DNA from: Asterias amurensis
Taxonomy: Eukaryota
Length of the DNA: 64,000 nt
Direction of reading: 5' to 3'
Assembly: GCF_032118995.1 (NCBI RefSeq)
Contig: NC_092652.1
Coordinates: forward strand, 27,299,339 to 27,363,338
Part shown: positions 11,601-24,635 of the stretch, one piece after another
How positions within the stretch are numbered: the stretch's first letter is position 1
Layout: each line of letters starts with the position of its first letter
Translations under genes and position numbers: made by a program
Notes under the pieces: model-generated
Database searches by the model: none
The model's input: the letters and a program-made list of their open reading frames with translations, nothing else
What the model was told of the DNA's origin: nothing

Positions 11601-12116
11601 TATCTCAGGATTTCAACATGTCAGATGGCACTTCCAATGCTCCATAGATTTCTTATTTCTGGGGAGGAATGAAAAGACTACATATCTAAAGAAAACCATG
11701 ACTTGTAATGTTAACTATCTGCTTGATCAAATTGAGCTTGGAATTGGTAATTGATTTCTAAGACAATACCTGGATGATCAAATTGAGATTGGAATTAGTA
11801 TTTGAATGTTCAGAAATGTTCCTGCTAATTTCACAGACCATGTTATTTGAGAAACAAGATTTTTTTACAACAGAGTCATAGAGTCAGATTTCCTGCAGGC
11901 ACAACAAAAACCTTTAAAATTCTACAGTGGATATTAGCACACTGTTTTCTTCACTGTTTCAGACGTTATTTTATATTGAGTTACAACACAAAATCTGAAA
12001 TTGTGTGTACGTGTATGTATATCAACAGTGTAGTATCTTGCCTGCCCCAAAATGTTTTGGATTGCACAAGTTTAGCCTTTTTAAAATTGGGCAACATGAT
12101 CACTAGTAATTCAAAA

Positions 12117-12210
12117 CTCCTGATTGGTTAAGGGATTTACCGTTCATGCACTCTGATTGGCTGCCACTTGCTGTCAATCAGTCATTGTGAAAGCTGATTG
12201 GCTCTTCTCA
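12117..12210. promoter_or_regulatory. cluster of three inverted CCAAT (Y-box, NF-Y-type) motifs, CTGATTGGYT; orphan promoter-like element
   Basis: cctgattggttaa (12121), tctgattggctgc (12154) and gctgattggctct (12193) lie within 80 bp. No linked gene identified. Confidence 0.35.
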
Positions 12211-13794
12211 GGATGACGGCTCCACCCCTTTTTTACCATCACTGCACAAATCAGACAAGAAATAAATTTCACGTAGAAGGAAAGATCACACTCCAAATAC
12301 AACACAAAGTCTTATTCTTCAGTTAGTGCCATTATTTCTTAAGTTTTATTGAACAAAACAAAACTCATTCCACTCATGATTTCTTCATGGACGTTTTGTA
12401 TAATAGATGATAAATATTATTTACAACTTCAAACTTACTGTTTAGCATGTTTGGTTTCTATACAGCAATCATGCCAGCATTTTAATAACCAATACAGGGA
12501 GGTTAGATACCGAAAAGGAGAAGGAAAAAAAGCAATTACATGCACAGAAGGAAAAATATACAATCATTGAGTTTTAGTATCACATAAATACATACAAAAG
12601 CTAACACGATCACATTAGTTACTTATTAATAAGCCACAGTTTGAAAAGAATCATGTTTATCCAGCACACGCCTCAAATGGGAAGGAAATCAAATAATACC
12701 ATATAAAATGACGGCGAATCCTAGTTTAAATAATATTTCTCAAACCTGCATTTTATTCTTGGCAATATGTTAAATACTGTAAAGTTATTTTCAATATGAA
12801 AAAGTAAATCAGGGTTTTGGCTAGAATGACAAAGAAAAATTTCACCAAAATCATTTGAATAAAATATAAAAAAGTCGCCCCACACTAGAAGAACTCTGTA
12901 AACAGGCAATATTAAGCAACATTTTAATTTGTCTTGTTTGCCATGCTAGGGCATGAAAAATGATACATTCTTGGTTTGCTCTATTTGGTACATTTTTTCC
13001 TTTTTTGTTTTATTTGATTTCACAAAAAACATCAAGATTAACACTTCATGACAAACTTACGGGCCTTATTTCTAGTATTAAAAGAGTACAATTAATAAAG
13101 CAGTAAATAAAATCTGATATCGCCTCAAATGATCAGTTTTCAAAGGAAACCGGAATACAATAGAAATGAGCTCAAATCTTCATGGACAGTTACTCCTTGA
13201 CGGGACTGATTTACAAGAAATGTGCATTGTAAATGATGTATTGTTATCACTTTGATCTGTGTATGTTAGTCTACTAGTTTACACTAAATAAACCCAGTTA
13301 TTGGTCCAATTTCTGAATAGCAGTTAAAAGATGTAATAATTTGCAATGGTGCAAATTACTTCATGACAAATTGCACTTAACACGTCTGGAATCGGCGTGG
13401 TTGCTAACCGCCATTTTCGGCCCAAATGCAGCCCAGTGGGCAGATCAAGTCTGGCACCAAGAATCCACCCATGCTTTTCTTTTACACAAAATGGCTTCTA
13501 CTCGCAAGCTGTTGCAACTCTTAGTTTTTATGGCTGCAACTCAATAGCTTGGGGGCGCCCTCTTGTGTTTTGATTTAGAATCTGTGGTAGCAAGATATGT
13601 AGAGATTTATGCTTGCATGTCTTAATGCTGTGTGTCTAAACCAACATGCGTTAAAACCAAGGGCTTTAAGGAAGAGGGATATGGGTGTTTGACAGGGCAA
13701 GGCCTTTGCTTTTATGTACAAAACTAACTGGGACATCGCTACAAAACATTGGGAGAACACAGAGAAGTCCTGGATTAGCAGGATTCACTGTGTG

Positions 13795-14170
13795 TGTGTA
13801 TTTAAAGGGAAGGTACATGTTTTGTAGACAACACAAATATTAACTAAAAAACTGACTTGGTAACAAGCATTGGAGAGCTGTTGATAGTATAAAACATTGT
13901 GGGAAACGACTCCCCCTGAAGTAATGTAGTTTTTGAGAAAGAGGTAATTTCTCACTAAAAAATTAAAAGAATTCTAGCTAGAAGTCTTTTATTCCTCTCT
14001 GAAAGCACACAAATTCGTCCAACAAGTGTGTGTTTTCTTTCATCGTTTTCTCGCAACTTCGATGACCAATTGAGCCCAAATTTTCACAGGTTTGTTATTT
14101 TATGCATATGTTGAGATACACCAAGTGAGAAGACTGGTCTTTGGCAATTACCAATAGTGTCAAGAGTCTT
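13795..14170 (+). mobile_element. MITE family A copy (TTAA-flanked nonautonomous DNA element, variant 5' end)
   Basis: More than 85% identical over ~330 bp to copies at 18930-19295 and 37293-37675. 3' terminus caattaccaatagtgtcaagagtc. Confidence 0.7.
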
Positions 14171-15904
14171 CAAGCAATAGACACAAAATGTGGACCTGAG
14201 AGAACAAAAGAATTTAAAATATTGTGCAGACATGAAACACTATTTGGACTTACACAGGACTACACAATTGTTTTTGACAGTGTTGAAGAATACTTTTTGT
14301 CAGTGCACAGATAGAACAACAAAAGGTCCCCAGATCGGCTGTAACACTGAGCTGTGTGCACTATTGTGTCATTGTGTGTGTATGTATACATCTATCCAAT
14401 CAAATAAAAAGGGACCGGTTTAGTGTTTTCAACCATCCCAAATTAGACAAAGCAGCTTTTAGAATTAAAAAATTAACCAAAATTAATATTCACAATTTTT
14501 ACAATTTCAATTTACAACTAAAATTAGGTTTGGTAAGTTTGACAACACAATGTCTCAGCAACTTACACAATTCAGAAATGCCATCAAAATGTAGACAAAC
14601 TTTTAGCTTTTGTGTAAGGTATTTCCAAAAACCATCACATTCTAGCAAAGGTCAGACAAGTTCTTACGGCAAATTAAAAGACAACTTCTCTGAAAAATGT
14701 TTTTCTACTGTAATGCAGTGGAATACTCTTCACCTTTCCAGCAAGGTTTTAGCCAGGATTTGGTAAAAGGGTGTCCAAATTTGCTGGAAATTTTAAAACT
14801 GGGTGTCCAAATTGTTCACCTACAATAAATTTACATGTAAATGACAGATGAAACAGGGTGTCCAAATTAAAAACAGGGTGTCCAAAAGACACCCAGACAC
14901 CCCTCTGGCTAACACTATGCTTTCCAGTGATTTTAATTCCATCAAACTTATCTTTTCTCATCTTTATGCTAAGTTTTACCGTCAGCATTGGATTCAGCAT
15001 AGTGTTTTAAAAACACAGCCTGGGCAATGCATTTTAAATGACTTAACTTTGGCGTTAAAACGAGATGAACGCCTTTTTGAAAGGACCTTATCATTGCTCT
15101 GGAAGGAGCACAACAATTCTGAATCGGGCATTTCTATGGGAATAAAGTTACTTTGTATTGGCAAAGGGCACCAAAGAAAAAACACAGGGCAGCATGTGTG
15201 TCATGGGTTAGTTGGAGACCTGCAGTTTGTTAGTATGCTACTTTGATCAAGCAGTTTATTTCAGCGATAAGAAATGTTAACATGCAACAAATTGTAAGAT
15301 AAGTAGCTCTATGAAATCACTACCAACCACAAGAAATGAAACCAACTTTAGGTGTAGTAAACCTGACATTACACTCGACTTTGTTACAACCTAAGACATG
15401 TGGTAAGCATTTTGGTACTACATTTGAACAATTCCTCTTATGACAATTCCTCTTAAGATTTTTCATCTTTTGAACTTTCTCAAAAATGTTTGGTTTAAAA
15501 AGGGATGCTGCTGGTTGACAAAATAACAGAGCATTGTGTGCTGCACATGCTCTGTAAACTGAAAGAAAAGACAATTTCTTGTAGAGATATCTACATGTAC
15601 CTCATCGATATGACAAATATCAAAAAGACCAGCATCTAAACGCTATAAACCTTACCCCCCCCCCCCCCCCCCCCGGATTAATGTCAACTACAGGTAATCT
15701 AGCTGCATTAAGGGAAGCAACAATAACTTAATTTTCTTTTAGTAATGTGGGAGGTACATTGTTAGTGGCAACATATTTCAAAGCTAGCATCTTTAGGAAA
15801 CCTGGTACAAAAGAATCGTCAAAATCATGGCACTTACAAAAAAGGTGACAATCAAATTGCAAAGTAAACTGAACGATGAATCATAAGTTTGAACAATGAC
15901 AAAA

Positions 15905-15980
15905 CTAAGCAATACGTTAATCCGGAGGTCGTTGGTTCGAATCCCACTCTAGTCAAGTCTTTGTTCAACCTCAAAAATCA
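15905..15980 (+). mobile_element. 5'-truncated copy of the tRNA-Asn-derived SINE (anticodon arm to tail)
   Basis: cgttaatccggaggtcgttggttcgaatcccactctagtcaagtctttgttcaacc matches the SINE consensus and is preceded by a poly-C tract. Confidence 0.65.
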
Positions 15981-17001
15981 ATATTAAAAGTCTTAAGGTT
16001 TAACGCTTTGAGTTTTAGTTTGATTTAGCCAAAGGAGGTAATGATCTATTAATAATAATTGTAATAAAAAGATATTTATAAAGCGCCAAATTGCCAAAAA
16101 GGCCTCAAAGCGCTAGATACAAAGGTAAAAAGCAAAGTATTTGGCACAAGATGCCCCATCACTGGTAACAACTTAAAGGAAACTAATAAAGATACATGTC
16201 TTATCACTAAATATGCCAAATAATAACAGCCTTTTAAGCATGTAAAACAGTGTTATTTATGTAACCATATTAGTATCGTTTCCTGAATTTAATTTAAGCA
16301 TGTGCTGAATGAAAGGTTTCCCAGGTTTGATTGTTGAGAGTAAGAATTTACTAGCTTTAAAATGTTTGTATGCAAGTTGCCTGACACACAAGGCCTCAAG
16401 GCCACTACAAGGTGTGGTCTACAATCAACTATTTTTCGAGGGGTCAATGCCACCTACTCTTGGGGCTGAAACAGGGTTACCCCCTTTACAGACCATAAGA
16501 ATGTAGGCTTGGGTATCATCAATCCGAAGCCTGGCTGGTAGAGCAGAAAGCACTACCTCCTCAAGCTATCCTTATCATGTGAAACTGAGTCCTGGTTTAT
16601 GAATGATGGGAAACATCCTTTAGTGCACTGAATAGACTGGGGTTTAATGCCTTAATGGTACTTTATTGCAGATGGGTTACAGCCGGCGAAGCCAAAGCAA
16701 AATAATCAAGGTTGAAATAGCTGCCAATTATAGAAAACAAATCACTGTCATTAGTGGAAATTGCATGTTGTATAAGTTTGAACTTTACATCTGTGAAATA
16801 CCCACCGCAGCAGGGAAGGTTTTGCAGTGCAAAGAACTTTGGAACTTTGATGCATTACAAAACAAAATTAACAAAAAACTTGCATGAACTCCCCCCTAAA
16901 CAAGGTATTTGTGTTTCTTATTTTTCGTAATTGTTTACAGGGAAATTTACATTTTAGTGCACATTTCCTCAATTGGTTTGAAGATAAAGTTACTAAGAAT
17001 A

Positions 17002-17122
17002 CATGAAGTCCTCTTTGATTAGCTCCATAGATTTGACTTTGGCAGAGTTTACTGATTAAAGCGTACAGTCTTTGATTAGCTCCATAGATTTGACTTTGGC
17101 AGAGTTTACTGATTTAAGCGTA
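17002..17122. repeat. tandem duplication of a ~59-bp unit
   Basis: tctttgattagctccatagatttgactttggcagagtttactgattWaagcgtacag occurs twice. Confidence 0.85.
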
Positions 17123-17379
17123 CAGTCTTTGAAGGTTAACTCTAATGCGTTAGTTCATTAAACATGATGATGTTAGAAGCCCATTGTCTGCATACTTATC
17201 AGTCATTCAAGAAGCTGTTAAATCTTCCGATAACACTCATGACTTGCCGTTAGTTCACAATTATCATAAGCTGGCCCCTGTATTTGCTGAGATGTCATTG
17301 ATGAAAAGCAAATAGGTTCAGATCTTGGCAAACAGGTGTTAGTGTCCGACCATCCTAATGAGGAATCAGACTTCTTGTC

Positions 17380-17698
17380 TCACAACCAACATTGCTCATC
17401 CCCTTCTGCAAACTCTCCATCACCTACCGACGATGCCCCAACATTTTCTGCCTCTTCATCACTATGGAGTATCGTCATGGCAACAGCTCCTTCCCTGACT
17501 GGGCTGGATAATTCTTGAAGCCCCTCGAGGGATCCTTCCGATAGATCTGCCGTCTTACGAGGTGATGATTCACTCTGGGTGTCGATGGTACTGCTACCGC
17601 TGTAGGTACGAGGGGTGGATAGGGAGGGAGGAGTCATTGTAGGGGATGTTGTTGGGGTTGTGGTTGGGGTCGTTGGGAACATGGTGGTCAGTGTGGGC
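17380..17698 (-). CDS. PIP5K1: PIP5K1-like gene, exon 13 (C-terminal tail; terminal if read through to the stop at 17380-17382; alternative GTAGGT donor would end it at 17428)
   Basis: Acceptor ttctcgcatcacag|G, phase-compatible with exon 12 (AG+G = Arg). Encodes PTLTTMFPTTPTTTPTTSPTMTPPSLSTPRTYSGSS...LHSDEEAENVGASS(VGDGEFAEGDEQCWL*). DRPTL matches the vertebrate PIP5K1B tail. Confidence 0.7.
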
Positions 17699-17910
17699 CT
17701 GTGATGCGAGAAAGATGGAAGGCAAGCAGCAGGCAATGTACATTAGTTATGACTAGTGTTAGTATAAACGATGATTTCACTAAATGAATACAAAATGAGT
17801 TACCAGGGCAACTATTTTACATAACATGTAATGAGTCTAGTAAAGTACAAATGAAACTAACTGTGAGCTAAATTCTAATCAACTACAGTTGATCCTTTTC
17901 ATCAATCCTA

Positions 17911-18565
17911 GTTTGGAGTGGGTAGCTATAGGGTTGAGAGTGGGTAGCTATAGGGTTGAGAGTGGGTAGCTATGGGGTCGAGAGTGGGTAGCTATGGGGT
18001 TGAGAGTGGGTAGCTAAGGGGTTGAGAGTGGGTAGCTAGGGGGTTGAGAGTGGGTAGCTAGGGGGTTGAGAGTGGGTAGCTAGGGGGTTGAGAGTGGGTA
18101 GCTATGGGGTTGAGAGTGGGTAGCTAGGGGATTGAGAGTGGGTAGCTATGGGGTTCAGAGTGGGTAGCTAGGGGGTTGAGAGTGGGTAGTTAGGGGGTTG
18201 AGAGTGGGTAGCTACGGGGTCGAGAGTGGGTAGGTATGGGGTCGAGAGTGGGTAGCTATGGGGTTGAGAGTGGGTAGCTACGGGGTCGAGAGTGGGTAGG
18301 TATGGGGTCGAGAGTGGGTAGCTATGGGGTTGAGAGTGGGTAGCTATGGGGTCAAGAGTGGGTACCTATTGGGTTGAGAGTGGGTACCAATGGGGCTGAG
18401 AGTGGATAGCTATATGGGTTGAGAGCGGGTAAATTTGTGGTTTAGACTAAGTAGCTAAGGGGTTGATATTAAGTAGTTATGGGGGTGAGAAAGGGTAGCT
18501 GAGGTATTGAGAGTTGGTAGCTATTGGGATAAGAGAGGGTAGCTGAGTGGTCTAGAGTGCGTAGT
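17911..18565. repeat. 24-bp minisatellite (GAGTGGGTAGCTATGGGGTTGAGA)n, ~27 units, degenerating at the 3' end
   Basis: Tandem array visible directly; intronic to PIP5K1. Confidence 0.9.
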
Positions 18566-18929
18566 ATAACGGCAACAATGACGTTGACAGCTCAGAGATA
18601 AAACATCCCTTTTCAGAGAATTTCAGAAATATCATCTTTGAAATTTGGAGCTCCTTGAAAAATGGACTGCACTGTTCGATTATTTTAGAAAGTTTGGTAT
18701 GGTTAGAAAACACTTAAGATTTCATATGGTAGTAACAAACTGTGATTATTTAATCTATGTTTTTGAGCACGTACTGTGAATGAGGATGTTTCAGATCTGA
18801 GTAAATGAAGTTTGGATTCTACTAATCAACTTAGTAACTAGACATATTGACATCATGCCATAAACACAGACCACACATACATACACTGTGTGATTAGCTA
18901 TGAACTATATATCAGTTATTTCAATGTAA

Positions 18930-19295
18930 AGGTAAGGTACACGTTTAATAGTTACTCAAAACAAATATTAATTTAAAAACTGACTTGGGAACAAGCATTG
19001 GAGAGCTGTTGATAGTATCAAACATTGTGGGAAACGACTCCCTCTGAAGTGATATAGTTTTTGAGAAAGAGGTAATTTCTCACTAAAATATTAAAAGACT
19101 TAGAAGTTTTAATCCTTTCTGAAAGCACACAATTAAGTCCAACAAAGGTGTTTTTTCTTTCATCATTTTCTCGCAACATCGATGACCAATTGAGCTCAAA
19201 TTTTCACAGGTTTGTTATTTTATGCTTATGCTGGGATACACCAAGTAAGAACACTGGTCTTTGACAATTACCAAATGTGTACAGTGCCTTTAATT
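18930..19295 (+). mobile_element. MITE family A copy
   Basis: Termini aaaggtaaggtacacg... and ...gacaattaccaaatgtgtacagtgcctttaat are inverted relative to each other. Internal sequence matches copies at 13795 and 37293. Confidence 0.7.
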
Positions 19296-19742
19296 AACTT
19301 TCACACAAGTTTGGCCTAATAAGCATCAAGTGGTTCAGGGTTAGTTAACTTACCGTTATTTATGGTTATTATTGATGAGTTAATTTGCAAATGAGCATGA
19401 ATGGAATGTGCGCCATTTGAAAGTGCGATTTAGAGTGCTACACATTGAACCAAAATTGCAACAAATAATATGTTGAGGCATCGCAGTTCATCAAAGCGGA
19501 ATTACACTGCACTAAGATTTGAAATAAATTTTAAGTGAAAACTAAATCCGGAAATTTTTCCTTCATTTTTTGTGTATAGTTTTCTAAATAGATTTGAGTT
19601 TATGTAACACAAACATAGTGACATATTTCATGGCCAAGTCTTTATAGCTTTTCCAACCGGCAGGGTAACTGTGTTCCCATATTATTTGGTTAAGCAGACT
19701 TTCTTGCTAATTAAAACAGACTTTCTTGCTAAGCATTCTCAC

Positions 19743-20025
19743 CTCTGGTTGTAGTCAAACTTTACATCCATCTCCCTTAGTTTCTGCTTAAGTTCTTCCG
19801 TAGCAAAAGGATCTTCTATCGTCTCCGTTCTTATCGTAATATCTTCAATTTCTACAACACCCCCGTCAGATGAGCTGTGAGTTGGACTCTCAAATTTAAC
19901 GATGGCTTCTTGACGCTTGCTGTTGCCGGTTTTCCGGTGTGCACTCTCCATTTCTAGGGCCTCACCATAATTTGGTGGAGTACTTGGAACGAGATCAGGT
20001 CTACCGAACTTGGGCTTTGCACCAC
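19743..20025 (-). CDS. PIP5K1: PIP5K1-like gene, exon 12
   Basis: Acceptor aaaactacag|GT, donor CAGAG|GTGAGA. Encodes GAKPKFGRPDLVPSTPPNYGEALEMESAHRKTGNSKRQEAIVKFESPTHSSSDGGVVEIEDITIRTETIEDPFATEELKQKLREMDVKFDYNQ. PDLVPSTP matches PIP5K1B. Phases match both neighbouring exons. Confidence 0.85.
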
Positions 20026-20354
20026 CTGTAGTTTTTACACACAGGTTAAAAAATAATAGAAGGAAATCCTTGATGTGTTCTTTTCATTTCTTTCGAGACA
20101 TTTATTTTTTCTTGGTTTTTGTCAACGCAATGCAGATTTATAAGCGAAATTGTCAAGAGAGAATAAAAGTCACTTGTGAAAGTTTCAGTTGAATAGGGTG
20201 CATACTTATACTTAAGGACGAGTTCCAGCCCTGCACTGTAGCATGTAAACCTTAAGATTAATCCCAAGTTAGGACGAGATAAGATTAATCCTAGCGTTTC
20301 GTGAAAGCAGCTGCAGTGCCTTTAAGATGATAGGCATGACCTTTTGAGACTTAC

Positions 20355-20537
20355 CTTGGCTGCCTTGTGGTAATGACCCGCCAGCTTCTAGCGTTGCTGT
20401 CATACTGCCCCCGTGTGTCCGATTAGCTTGCTGATTATCAGCCAGTTCTGCTGGGACGGTGCGCGCTCTCGGTCTACTGCCCCCTACTGATGGAGTATAA
20501 TTAAAACCTCTTCGTTTAGAGGGAGAATGTTTGGAAG
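20355..20537 (-). CDS. PIP5K1: PIP5K1-like gene, exon 11
   Basis: Acceptor ttgtctttcctccacag|C, donor CAAG|GTAAGT. Encodes SKHSPSKRRGFNYTPSVGGSRPRARTVPAELADNQQANRTHGGSMTATLEAGGSLPQGSQ. Phases match exons 10 and 12. Confidence 0.85.
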
Positions 20538-21089
20538 CTGTGGAGGAAAGACAAGGGAAAATTAGAAAACTTGATAAATGCAAAATTAATCCCTGAATCT
20601 ACACTTGATTGTTTTTCCTAACACTATAAGCTTAACCTTCAAGAAAGACTCTGCTAAGATGGAAACATCAGGCCATTAACTATTTTAAAAACAAAAATCA
20701 ACTAATTCTACTTGCTATAGAGTTACATGGACTACAAACCAGTAATAAAGATCTCATTTCAATATGGTTCACATTTTGAGAGAGAGATAAACAATTCTTT
20801 TACAGCAAGTTCTTTTTTATACAAACAAACTTTAAAGATGGTTTTGAATGCATTCTAATAACAGTGTCAACTTTTGTCAACATCTTGCACTGTTCTTGAA
20901 GATTGGATAAAATTAACCTCTTGTCAGAACCAGTATCATCCCTTTAAAGAAACAAGTGTTTGAAATACGATACTCAAGACAAATATTGCAAACCATTAGG
21001 GGAAGGGAGATTAACATATCGAAATGCCAAGCGAACTCATCCTAATAAAGATGCACTTTTCTACGTTTGATGAACCTCAGTAAGAATGC

Positions 21090-21190
21090 ACTTCTTTACA
21101 GTTCATGATTCTTACTTCTCTACAGTTCATGATTCTTACTTCTCTACAGTTCACGATTCTAAAGATTTACTTCGCTACAGTTTGTGAAAC
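21090..21190. repeat. ~24-bp tandem repeat, 3-4 units (TTCTCTACAGTTCATGATTCTTAC)
   Basis: Seen directly. Confidence 0.8.
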
Positions 21191-22719
21191 TGAGTGTAAA
21201 CTCAAAAGAATATAACCAAGTGCTAAACAAAAACCAACAACACAAAAATCAATTCCCAAAAGAAACAAAGAGGAAACAATATAGACCTTTCTATTGCAAC
21301 GTCATACATTCATCGCTGCAATAACCTATCTTTCTGAAAGTTTGTATATACTTAGCGTCTTGAGTACCTTGTTCAGAAGATACTTGCGCTATAATTGGAC
21401 TTCGATATTATTATGTTATGTAGTCAAATGTAGTCAAAAGTTTTTGTCATTCAAAATTGGAAAAATAAATGCAAAGCAAAAACAGATACAACAGTTTCTA
21501 ACAATGTTACTCAATTATTCAAAAATCATATTGTATTTTTTGTGGTTGAAAGTTTGCCGCAATGTTGACTTTGGTCAAAACATCTGCTAACATGATTGAG
21601 TGTTTTACTATCATCCGGCTGTCCATGGCAACCAGTGCAGTTTGTTTATCAACAATAAAAAGGTCTATAAAAGTCAACATCATTATAACCCCATAAAGTG
21701 ACTTAAAAATTACAAAATTTGTACTGAGAGAAAAGTAAGAAAAAACGTGCAATGATTTTGTTTTCAAAAACCAAGCCACTATTAAAGTGCTCAAAGAAAT
21801 TAATTACAAGTACATTACAGTCTTCTTAATTTAGGTAAAAAAGGGTGCACTTTAAAAATTAACAAACTTAATAAATAGAAACTACATAAATTTATGGGTA
21901 AAATTTGTTATTTATGTCAATGGTAACCATTAGTCGGTGGATTGTGTCGGTTAGATTGATTAACAATGTCATTCAAATTATTATGTACGTGGTTTAGTAA
22001 TGGTGGCCATGTTTTTTAGGTTATACTCGGATCACATGACTACTGATGACATCATCTGAAAAAACAACCTCTGACCAGGTCAAAGGTCAATGAGTTAGAG
22101 CTCTATTCATTCTCTGTGTATTTGGCATATTAAAGAGATTGCCCAATTAATTTTGGTACTGAAACTTTGTGGGGTGCGAGTATAATTAGGTGAGGTTTGC
22201 AGTAGCACCGTGTGTTAATCTCTTTGGGTATAGTGTTGAGTTGTCAACCACCGGTTCTTCTCAGAGACAGCACTACTCAAAGACATTGGACTTGTGCGAC
22301 CACTAACATCACTAAATAATTTTTGTTTATTGCCAGGGTTTTTTGGGGGTCAAAAATCATCCTACATTAGCAGAAACGTGATCATCTTTTACAGTTCTTC
22401 CAAGTTGGCTGTGGTCGCAGTCTAATGAATATGCTACAGACAGACATTTCACTAAAAAGTCCTCTGAGTAGATGATCATCACTTGTGCAAACCAAACTCC
22501 AGGATTTCTTATTGAGTTGTTAATTAATCCCTGTATTATGAAGTTGAACCAATCTGGATCCAAAGTGGAGGTTTCCTCTATTGATACATTACTGAAGAGC
22601 GCCCTCTATTGTTAAGCTACATCAATGAACAATCTACTACAGCCATGTCTGAATGAAGCCACTTTGGTTATGGCTACTGGCTATTGACTGCAGAACAATG
22701 TTGTAGAATGGGGTTCATG

Positions 22720-23110
22720 CATTACCCATAGCCAAAGCCGCTGATTAGGGTGTGGTTTAAAATACACCAAGATAAAGTATGCTCAATCGGTAAGGATTGT
22801 AAATGATTTGGGAGGCTAATCATCTTTACTACCAGCTGAGAATCTGAATTGCGAAGATTGGGGTCTACAACAAGTTTGCGCCCCAGGCATGCAAGGCTGC
22901 CCTTTGTCAGCCAGCCCGGCAACCCATATACGACCACAGAGCATGGCTAGAGATAAAAAGTGATTGGTATTTCCTGAGGGAGGAGAAACAGGGTGTCTCG
23001 AGAAAAAACCCTTGCTGCAGAGCAACATTGCACAACTCTACTCACAAATGGCCCCAGCCGGGATTTGAACTAGGGCGAGAGTGGTGAGAGGCGAGGACTT
23101 TATACACTAG
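22720..23110 (-). mobile_element. possible tRNA-related SINE fragment (minus orientation)
   Basis: Reverse complement contains ..gccctagttcaaatcccggctggggcca.. (tRNA 3'-half-like, T-arm GTTCAAATCC). No intact cloverleaf. Confidence 0.3.
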
Positions 23111-24635
23111 CCACCCATGCAACCCATTATATTGTCTTATTGTGAAACACGAGAACAAGTTTTGCTAAATAGAAAACAAAGGCCTTTAGTTTGTGATCCA
23201 GTTAAAAGTAAAGTAATGACAAAGTGAGTCAAGATGAACAACCGCCATTGTCTTCATAGAGAGAGCTAATCAAACCGATATAAAGAAGACCTTAAATACG
23301 CCGCAAAAAAGGAAGCAATGCAACATTTGCTTTCAAAAGAATGAGCTATTCAGTCAGAGCAGATACAGGCTTGATTATATCATTCTGTGAAATTAATATC
23401 AGCTTAAAAAAACATTTCACCAACGAAAATATGATGGAAAGTGATAAATGAGGGGGAACATACAAATGGATGAAAATGATACAGCTTTCTTGAAGATATT
23501 ACCATGTAATAGACTGGTATTAGTCACTCATCAATCATGCAAGGTCAGTAGCATCAAAAAGAGGATAAAAAATAAAACAGAAAAGAAAGAATAAAGCAAC
23601 ACACGCAAAAATGAGGTGAAAATCAAGTCACTCATGCGCAGGAGAACACAACACTCAAAGCTCAACCAATCAAGCTGTTTACAGTTTGTAAAAAACATGG
23701 ATATAAGAATCAGCAACAAACATTGAAGAATTGTTAAGCACTTCAAAATATATCACACTTTGTATTTTTAAATGTAAAACAAAAGCAAACACACTGGCCA
23801 TCTTAATGCCATCTTTTTGTTAAAAGTAAGATAAGGAATGAATTTTTAACCCTAGCAGTGTTCTGAACAGAATTTTTGGACTACATGTATGTATTGGTAG
23901 GGCTGATCAATTACCCTGTTTATAATGCATTTCTTATAGTCACACCAAGACCAGAAAATAACCTTTTTAAAAGTTCTTGTTGTGACCAAAATGAAGGTTT
24001 GAAGTCAGCTTTAGAACTTGTGCATGCCCTGACTGCAGTCATTGAATCAAGAATTTGTATCTGTATTTTCTAAAATATAGTTGAAATTAAAAGAGTAAAA
24101 TGCATGCCATAAAGGCACTGCTAGGGTTAGTTTCACACAGCAATCTGGTTGATTCTCAAGACAAATTAATATCCCCTTACACCCCCCCCCATGGCCAACA
24201 AGGAATCTGAGGCTGTGTTCGGATGTGTGACTGTGGCTTGGTGAACATGTGCTGAAGCATAGGATAACCATAGCAACAGCAATAGCCGTAGCCAACAACC
24301 CGCACACAGCCTTTTCATCTTCTCTTGACTCTGATAAAAAAATTGAGTCTAGCCCAAAGTAATAGGTGGCTGGTACCAAAGGTCAACAATTTTTATTTCT
24401 TTTTTGTTCTGCAAAACAGCAGACAGTCTTTGGTTAGTGTTAAACCATACAAAAACGGTCACTAGAAGAGTGCATTGGGCACAAGAAAAGAGAAACTTCC
24501 AATGTCACAATAAAAATTAAAGATTGTCTTTCAATCAACACTCATCAGCTGATAAAAATATCTGTTATCAATATACTGATTGACAGTTTTACTGGTTGAA
24601 TCCTAATCATCTTTTGGTATCTACTCTTGACTTAC

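Noticed and set aside
14356-15246. 136-aa and 132-aa plus-strand ORFs
   Set aside because: AT-rich, low-complexity, no splice-site support and no recognisable domain; 14848-15246 overlaps the GGGTGTCCAAA motif cluster.
17911-18565. Regular short tandem arrays as possible CRISPR arrays
   Set aside because: Eukaryotic sequence (spliceosomal introns, LINE/SINE/LTR content). Units are contiguous with no unique spacers and degenerate progressively, so they are minisatellites.
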